A stretch of DNA of 59,378 nucleotides, counting the filler. It is 5 parts of 5 records of this genome, joined end to end, with 100 filler letters (N's around TTAATTAATTAA, not from the genome) between each part and the next. Parts side by side here need not be neighbours in the genome. Positions count along the whole stretch, not along the records: positions 44,449 to 59,378 come from SRR20825019_1340; 4 more parts are not named here. One strand, 5' to 3'. This document shows positions 53,528 to 59,378 of this stretch, in pieces; position 1 is the stretch's first letter; every line of letters begins with the position of its first letter. The notes under the pieces are model-generated. The model was given only the letters and a program-made list of their open reading frames with translations, was not told where the DNA came from and ran no database searches. A program made the position numbers and the translations under genes.

Positions 53528-54483
53528 GTCTTGCGCGCGATGGTCTGGCGAACGGCGTCGGCAATGCCGGCAGCGTTGAGGTCATAGTGGTCAAACAGCC
53601 ATTTGGCCGAACCCGTTGGCACAAAGCCGGGGAACCCCAGAATGCGCATGGGCACAGGATTGGTGGTCGCGACCACCTCGGCAATCGCGCCGCCAAGGCC
53701 GCCGCGCACGGAATGCTCCTCGACCGTTACAATGGCCCCGGTGTCCGCCGCAGAGGCGATGGCCGTCTCGTCCAGCGGGTTGACGGTGGCCATGTTCACC
53801 ACCCGCGCCGCGATGCCTTCATCAGCCAGCAGGCTGGCTGCCGCAACCGCCCGATGCACCATGGTGCCATTGGCGATAATGGTCGCATCGGCGCCCTCCA
53901 CCAGTGTTTCGGCCTTGCCCATTTCGAATGTCGCCCCTTTGGGGCGTTCAAGCGCCGGCACGGCCATGCGGCTGACGCGCACGAAGACCGGTCCGTCATA
54001 CGCGGCAGCAGCCTTGATCGCTTCGGCCGTCTGCCAGGGATCGGCCGGCACGATCAGCTTGAGATTGTTGAACAGGCGCAGCCAGGCGAGATCTTCGATC
54101 GAATGATGCGTTGGGCCGAGCTCGCCATAGGCAACCCCGCTCGATTGGCCGATCAGCTTCACGTTGACATTGGAATAGGCAATGTCAGCCTTCACCTGCT
54201 CGAGGGCCCGGCCGGTGATGAAGCAGGACGCCGCCGAAACAAACGGCACCTTGCCGCCATTGGCGAGCCCCGCGCCGACCGCCACCAGGGTCTGCTCGGC
54301 AATGCCGACATTGACCATGCGGTCGGGAAATTTGGTACGGAATCCGCCGAGCTTGGACGAGCCGACGCTGTCGCTCACCACGGTCACGATGCGCGGATCG
54401 GTTTCCGCCAGCGCCTCGATCGTTGCCGCGAAGCTGTCACGGCAATCGAAATAGCCGTCATTCTTTTGTGCAGCAGCGCTCAT
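53524..54483 (-). CDS. Transketolase, C-terminal subunit (AptB-like)
   Basis: NVGIAEQ, GPTHHSIED, TVEEHS..GGLG. Confidence 0.9.
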   Translation of the reverse strand: MSAAAQKNDGYFDCRDSFAATIEALAETDPRIVTVVSDSVGSSKLGGFRTKFPDRMVNVGIAEQTLVAVGAGLANGGKVPFVSAASCFITGRALEQVKADIAYSNVNVKLIGQSSGVAYGELGPTHHSIEDLAWLRLFNNLKLIVPADPWQTAEAIKAAAAYDGPVFVRVSRMAVPALERPKGATFEMGKAETLVEGADATIIANGTMVHRAVAAASLLADEGIAARVVNMATVNPLDETAIASAADTGAIVTVEEHSVRGGLGGAIAEVVATTNPVPMRILGFPGFVPTGSAKWLFDHYDLNAAGIADAVRQTIARKT

Positions 54484-55322
54484 CAGACCAGTTCCGCCAT
54501 GGCTTGCTCGAATTGTGCCTGTGTTGGCACGCCATGATGCCAGGAGACATTGTCACGCATGAAACTGACGCCCTTGCCCTTGACGGTATTGGCAATCACG
54601 CAGAGCGGCTTGCCCCGACCTTTCGGGCTGGCCGAGAGCACGTCAAGCAATTGCTGGTGGTCGTGGCCATCGACCATTTCGACATGCCAGCCAAAGGCGC
54701 GCCATTTGTCGTCCAGCGGATCGAGCGAGGCGGTTTCTTCGGTGCGGGCGCCTTGTTGCAGGCGGTTGCGGTCCACGATCAGGGTCAGGTTTTCCAATCT
54801 GCGGTGCCCGGCGGTCAGCGCCGCTTCCCAATTGCTGCCTTCTTGCAGTTCGCCGTCACCGGTCAGCACGAAGGTACGAAAATCGGCGTTGTCGATCTGG
54901 CCGGCGATGGCAATGCCCGTCGCAACAGGCAGGCCATGACCCAGCGGCCCGGTATTGGTTTCGACGCCGGGCAGGTAATTGCGGTTCGGATGGCCGTTCA
55001 GCATGCTGAGTGGCTCCATATAGGTCTTCAGATCCGCCTCGGGAAAGAATCCGGCCGCCGCCAGCACCGAATAAAAGGCGCCGGTGCAATGCCCTTTGCT
55101 CATCACGAACCGGTCGCGTTGCGGATCGGTCGGGGCCTTCGGGTCATAGCGCATTGCGCCGAAATACAGCGTTGCCAGAATGTCGGCGGCGCTGAAATCG
55201 CCGCCGGGATGTCCCTGCTGCGCCTCATAGACCATTTGGAAGCTGCGGCGGCGAATCCACAAGGCGCGCGCGCGGATCTCAGTTGCAAGGACCTTGGGCA
55301 AATTAGCTACGGGCGAAGTCAA
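54483..55322 (-). CDS. Transketolase, N-terminal TPP-binding subunit (AptA-like)
   Basis: GHPGG, RDRFVMSKGH, GDGELQEGSNWEA..DRN; TTG start with a GGGAGG RBS. Confidence 0.9.
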   Translation of the reverse strand: MTSPVANLPKVLATEIRARALWIRRRSFQMVYEAQQGHPGGDFSAADILATLYFGAMRYDPKAPTDPQRDRFVMSKGHCTGAFYSVLAAAGFFPEADLKTYMEPLSMLNGHPNRNYLPGVETNTGPLGHGLPVATGIAIAGQIDNADFRTFVLTGDGELQEGSNWEAALTAGHRRLENLTLIVDRNRLQQGARTEETASLDPLDDKWRAFGWHVEMVDGHDHQQLLDVLSASPKGRGKPLCVIANTVKGKGVSFMRDNVSWHHGVPTQAQFEQAMAELV

Positions 55323-55614
55323 TCGAGCCTCCCTGGCCGCTTTTTTTTACTCTCGGCCGCTCAGGCGAGGCCTCGCGTGCCGGTGCGATGGGGTCGAGCA
55401 CAGCAAGGTGCCGCTGTCGTGACCCTCGCGAAAAGTAGTGCTACAGTGCGTTTTGCTTTCGTGCAATAAGGAAAATTTGGGATTTCTACGTTTTGGCGCG
55501 CTCATTGGCTTTGAATTCTGCGGTTTGTGGCGCGACATATCCGTGTGAAAACGCTAAGAGAGATGCGCGTCAGGCGGGCGAGCGTCATAAGATACGAAGC
55601 CAAAGCATAGGGGA

Positions 55615-56448
55615 GTGGGTGTGCAGAAGGGCAAGTTAGCGCGGCGGCGTCGGGGTGCGGATGGTCCGAATGGGCAGCCGCAATTGCTGGCAGAGCCGCG
55701 GCGCATGCGCATTCTGGAGTGGTTGCAGGAAGAAGGCAGTGCCCGCGTGCGCGATCTGTCGAGTGCCTTTGCTGTCTCCGAGGCGACCATCCGGCAGGAT
55801 CTCGAGCGGCTCGAGGCGGACGGCTATATCACGCGTGAGCATGGCGGCGCCTATCTCAAGTCGATCCCGCAGCAGGTGCAGTCCATGTCGCTGCAGCACG
55901 TGCAGAATATGGACAAGAAGCGCGCCATTGGCATGGCGGCCGCGGCTCTGGTCTCGGACCATGACACGCTGATCATCGACTCGGGGACCACGACCACCCA
56001 GTTCGCCGAAAACCTGAAGTCACGCCAAGAGCTTAATATCATCACCAATGCGCTGAACATCGCCCTTATCCTGGGGGCGAGCCCGACCAATACGGTGCAT
56101 ATGCCGGCGGGGCAGTTCAAGGCGCCGACCCTGTCGCTGAGCGGCGAGAAATCGGTCGAATTCTTCGTGGGCATCTATGCCCAGAAGCTGTTTCTGGCGA
56201 CGGCAGGCGTGTCCTTCGATGTCGGGCTGACCTATCCGGCCATTGGCGACATCTACGTCAAGCGCGCCATGGTCAAGGCCGCTTCGCATGTCTATCTTCT
56301 GGCCGATTCCACCAAGATCGGCCGCGTGTCCTTCTCCGCTCTGGGCGGTGTGGAAATGGTCCATACCCTGATCACCGATGACGGCATTGCCGATGCGGAT
56401 CGGGCCGAATTTGAACGTCGTGGTGTTGAAGTGATCATCGCGCGTTAG
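55615..56448 (+). CDS. DeoR/GlpR family transcriptional regulator
   Basis: VSEATIRQDL..LE HTH, IIDSGTTT, ITNAL, LADSTKIG. Confidence 0.92.
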   Translation: MGVQKGKLARRRRGADGPNGQPQLLAEPRRMRILEWLQEEGSARVRDLSSAFAVSEATIRQDLERLEADGYITREHGGAYLKSIPQQVQSMSLQHVQNMDKKRAIGMAAAALVSDHDTLIIDSGTTTTQFAENLKSRQELNIITNALNIALILGASPTNTVHMPAGQFKAPTLSLSGEKSVEFFVGIYAQKLFLATAGVSFDVGLTYPAIGDIYVKRAMVKAASHVYLLADSTKIGRVSFSALGGVEMVHTLITDDGIADADRAEFERRGVEVIIAR

Positions 56449-56621
56449 CAGCCCTGCGACCAGATGGTGGTTCTCGCGCGCCGTCCCGAACACGGATGCG
56501 CTCTAACAATGCTTGATAAAACACAATAAATCGAAAATAAACGACAGCGCAGGATGTGGAGTCGGCGGGATGTGCCGTGCGCCAGGCATTCCGGGAACAG
56601 AGAAACTGGAGGAAAGTCGAC

Positions 56622-58130
56622 ATGACCACGATCGCGCAATGGGACATGTTCGAGGTCAGCTTGTCGGGTCCCTCCGATGGCAATCCCTTTCTTGACGTCG
56701 AGTTGGACGCCATCTTTGCCCGGCACGGCCGCCAGGTTCGGGTCCCTGGCTTTTATGACGGGGAGGGGACTTACACGGTCCGCTTCATGCCCGATAATGC
56801 GGGAGAGTGGACGTTTGAAACCCGCTCCAACGTCACGGCTCTTGATGGGCAGGTGGGCAGTGTGACTGTGACGGCGCCACGCCAGCGCAATCATGGCCCG
56901 GTGCAGGTGGCCAATCGCCATCACTTCGCCCATGCCGACGGCACGCCATTCCTCAGCTTCGGCACCACCTGCTATGCCTGGACCCATCAGCCGCTGGCCG
57001 AGCAGGACAAGACGTTGGAGACGCTTGGAAAGACGCGGTTCAACAAGGTCCGCATGGGCGTCTTTCCCAAGGACTACCCCTATAATGTCAACGCGCCGCT
57101 GCACGATGTCTATCAGCGCGACGCCGCAGGCAATCTCGATTTCGACCGGCCCAATCCCGCGAGCTTCCGCCACTTCGAAAGCCAGGTGAAGGCGCTTGGC
57201 GACAGGGGCATTCAGGCCGATATCATCATGCTGCACCCTTACGACCGCTGGGGTTATTCCGGCATGAGCGCGGACCAGGACTACCGCTACTTCGCCTATT
57301 TGACGGCGCGGCTCGCCGCCTATCACAACGTCTGGTGGTCGCTGGCCAACGAGTACGACTTCCTGCTCGACACCAAGCCGATGCAGCAATGGGATCGCTA
57401 CTTCCACATTATCGAGGAGAACGACCCTTACGGGCATCTGCGCTCGATCCACAATGGTGATCCGAAGGCCAATTACGATCACCGCAAGGCCTGGGTCAGC
57501 CATGTCTGCATCCAGCACTGGGATGTGAAACGCACGCTGGAATGGCGCGCCGCCTATGGCAAGCCCGTGGTCAATGATGAGCCGGAATATGAGGGCAACA
57601 TCACCGAGGCCTGGGGCAATATCTCTGCCCAGGAGCTGGTGCACCGCTTCTGGACCACGACCCTGCGTGGCGGCTATGCGGGACATGGCGAAACCTATCG
57701 GCATCCCGAAGACCTGCTATGGTGGGCCAAGGGCGGCGAGCTGCACGGCCATGCCTGGCAGCGCATCGGCTTCCTGCGGGACGTTCTGGAAGAAGATGCT
57801 CGCAATGGCTTCGAGCCTATAGAGACCGGCATGCGGTTCGCCAGCCGCGTCTCGGCCGCGCGCGATGGCAACACCACCATCATCTATCTGGGCGAACACC
57901 AGCCGGAGATCTGGGCATATGGCCTGCCCAAAGAGCCAGGCGAATATGAGGTGGACATCATCGATACCTGGGCGATGACCGTCACCCCGGCAGAATGCGT
58001 GCCGGCGCCTGAAAACCATCCGGTGCGGCATGGCGCAGTCAGCCTGGCGCGCGAACCCGATGCCGCCTTCGCGGTCAAGCTGCCGGTCAAGCCCAACCTT
58101 GCCATTCGCATCCGGACCAAGCGGTCCTGA
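56622..58130 (+). CDS. DUF5060/DUF4038/DUF5605 glycoside hydrolase, putative apiosidase
   Basis: GNPFLDV..GFYDG..RFMP, HADGTPF..GTTCYAW, WWSLANEYD, KPVVNDEPEYEG, IIDTWAMT. GGAGGA RBS before ATG 56622; no signal peptide. Confidence 0.75.
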   Translation: MTTIAQWDMFEVSLSGPSDGNPFLDVELDAIFARHGRQVRVPGFYDGEGTYTVRFMPDNAGEWTFETRSNVTALDGQVGSVTVTAPRQRNHGPVQVANRHHFAHADGTPFLSFGTTCYAWTHQPLAEQDKTLETLGKTRFNKVRMGVFPKDYPYNVNAPLHDVYQRDAAGNLDFDRPNPASFRHFESQVKALGDRGIQADIIMLHPYDRWGYSGMSADQDYRYFAYLTARLAAYHNVWWSLANEYDFLLDTKPMQQWDRYFHIIEENDPYGHLRSIHNGDPKANYDHRKAWVSHVCIQHWDVKRTLEWRAAYGKPVVNDEPEYEGNITEAWGNISAQELVHRFWTTTLRGGYAGHGETYRHPEDLLWWAKGGELHGHAWQRIGFLRDVLEEDARNGFEPIETGMRFASRVSAARDGNTTIIYLGEHQPEIWAYGLPKEPGEYEVDIIDTWAMTVTPAECVPAPENHPVRHGAVSLAREPDAAFAVKLPVKPNLAIRIRTKRS

Positions 58131-58187
58131 TCATGTCCGATTTGCTCAACTGGCCCTGATCCGGACTAGATCTCAAAACCGCGGCAA

Positions 58188-58949
58188 TCAGGCCGGCTGA
58201 TCCGCGACATTGGACAGCGCATTGCGGATGTCGTTTTCGGTATCCTTCAGATGCTGGCGCATCGCTTCCCCAGCGGCGCGGGCATTGCCGGCCCGGATCG
58301 CTTCGAGGATCCGCTGATGCCATGCAATGGTATCGTGCAGCGTGTGCCCGCGATTGGCGTGGCCGCGCCGGCTGATCTGGATACCGTGTCTGAGTTGGGC
58401 CGACATCGCCTCGAACAGATAGCCCAGGATGCGATTGCCACTGGCCAGGGCGATGGCCTCATGAAACCCCACATCGAAATCGTGGAAGCGGCGATCGGCC
58501 GCCGGGTCTCCCGCAATGGCCGCATCGGCATTGTCCTGCATCCCGCGCAACGCACTTTCGATGGCTGCAATCCCCGCGCGATTGGCGCGTTTGGCCGCCA
58601 GGGTGGCGCTTTGCACTTCGAGTGAGAGCCGCACTTCGATCAGGTCGAAAAGGCTTTTGGAGTCATTGTGCAACAGTGATGTCAGAAAGTCTGAAAAGGC
58701 AGTGCCATCAGGCTCTCGCACCACGGCTTTTCGGCCCCGCGCAATGTCCAGCAGACCCCGGCCGGCAAGCAGCTTGACCGCTTCCCGGATGGTCAGGCGG
58801 CTAACCGCATAGCGGCTGGCAAGCTCGGCTTCGCTGGGCAGGCTGGCCCCCGGCGTGAGCGCGGTGAGGATTTCATGGGCAAGGTCATCTGCAACCTCGC
58901 CGGCAGCGCCTCCCTGCCGGGATAATGACCCGCTTCTCGACTGTCTCAT
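58188..58949 (-). CDS. GntR/FadR family transcriptional regulator
   Basis: LPSEAELASRYAVSRLTIREAV wHTH and FCD domain (DVGFHEAI..SGN, H..I..AI, MRQHL). Start uncertain (58949-59003). Confidence 0.92.
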   Translation of the reverse strand: MRQSRSGSLSRQGGAAGEVADDLAHEILTALTPGASLPSEAELASRYAVSRLTIREAVKLLAGRGLLDIARGRKAVVREPDGTAFSDFLTSLLHNDSKSLFDLIEVRLSLEVQSATLAAKRANRAGIAAIESALRGMQDNADAAIAGDPAADRRFHDFDVGFHEAIALASGNRILGYLFEAMSAQLRHGIQISRRGHANRGHTLHDTIAWHQRILEAIRAGNARAAGEAMRQHLKDTENDIRNALSNVADQPA

Positions 58950-58960
58950 GCGTCCAAACA

Positions 58961-59148
58961 TATCAGATAACTTGGCAGATTTGTGACCCCATTTGGGGGC
59001 CATTGCAACTCACGATCACGCCTTGGCTGTGAATTTATCGATGCACGCATGCACCGCGCCATATGATCTGGATTTTTTTGCGATGGTCGAAAAATACACA
59101 TGGGCGGGCGCGTCAGCGCTTTACACGCCTATCTGATTATTCTAGCTT
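58961..59148. promoter_or_regulatory. FadR-like operators and a divergent sigma70 promoter
   Basis: TATCAGATA (58961-58969) and TATCTGATT (59130-59138); the latter lies inside TTTACA-N17-TAGCTT (59120-59148). Confidence 0.55.
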
Positions 59149-59378
59149 CCAGCGCGTGGGCTTGGGAGAGTCCATGGCGGCGGACGCCGTCTGTGCCGGA
59201 GGATTTCAAGTAGTTCCAGAAGGCAAGGCCCTTATGGGCGTTGACCTGTTCCAGACGCGGCTTCAGCCGGCGATCGATGGTGCAGCCTTGTGGTTGCGTC
59301 ATTGTTGGTCGGGCCAGGACTGCCTGACTTTCCCGAACCAACAAGACCATAAACAACCAATCTCGAAAGTTTTGAGGG

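Overview
This window is not one locus. It is five unrelated contigs joined by four identical 100-nt artificial linkers (N44-TTAATTAATTAA-N44 at 5839-5938, 16780-16879, 23073-23172 and 44349-44448). Contig 1 (1-5838) is a high-GC Rhodobacteraceae-like fragment: uvrC, an Aer-type PAS protein, a 1.2-kb non-coding gap, then pgsA-moaD-moaE. Contig 2 (5939-16779) is an AT-rich Flavobacteriaceae fragment: partial PAS sensor, papain-like protease, two tandem DEAD-box helicases, dps, a truncated cysQ remnant, a beta-barrel protein, wecB and wecC. Contig 3 (16880-23072) is eukaryotic: an HxxxD acyltransferase and a secreted protein of more than 1000 aa split by four short GT-AG introns. Contig 4 (23173-44348) is a second Flavobacteriaceae (Muricauda/Flagellimonas-like by inference): lysS end, a frameshifted TonB receptor, an SLC13 permease, a candidate sRNA, an acidic repeat protein, a zinc metalloprotease, a SatD-DUF3307 pair behind three 28-bp-periodic palindromic operators, a Fur-box-flanked DUF6607/FMN-binding/TonB/HmuY iron locus, and two AsmA/DUF748-like genes. 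Contig 5 (44449-59378) is an alphaproteobacterium (Devosia-like by inference): HNH nuclease, TRAP dctQM-aroQ, an ABC transporter, a probable D-apiose catabolic cluster with a putative apiosidase, and a FadR regulator. The best novelty candidates are the SatD-DUF3307 module with its operator array and the unannotated sRNA carrying a UUUGAGUUAGUU motif that recurs just before terminators. All family assignments come from motif recognition by eye; no database searches were run.
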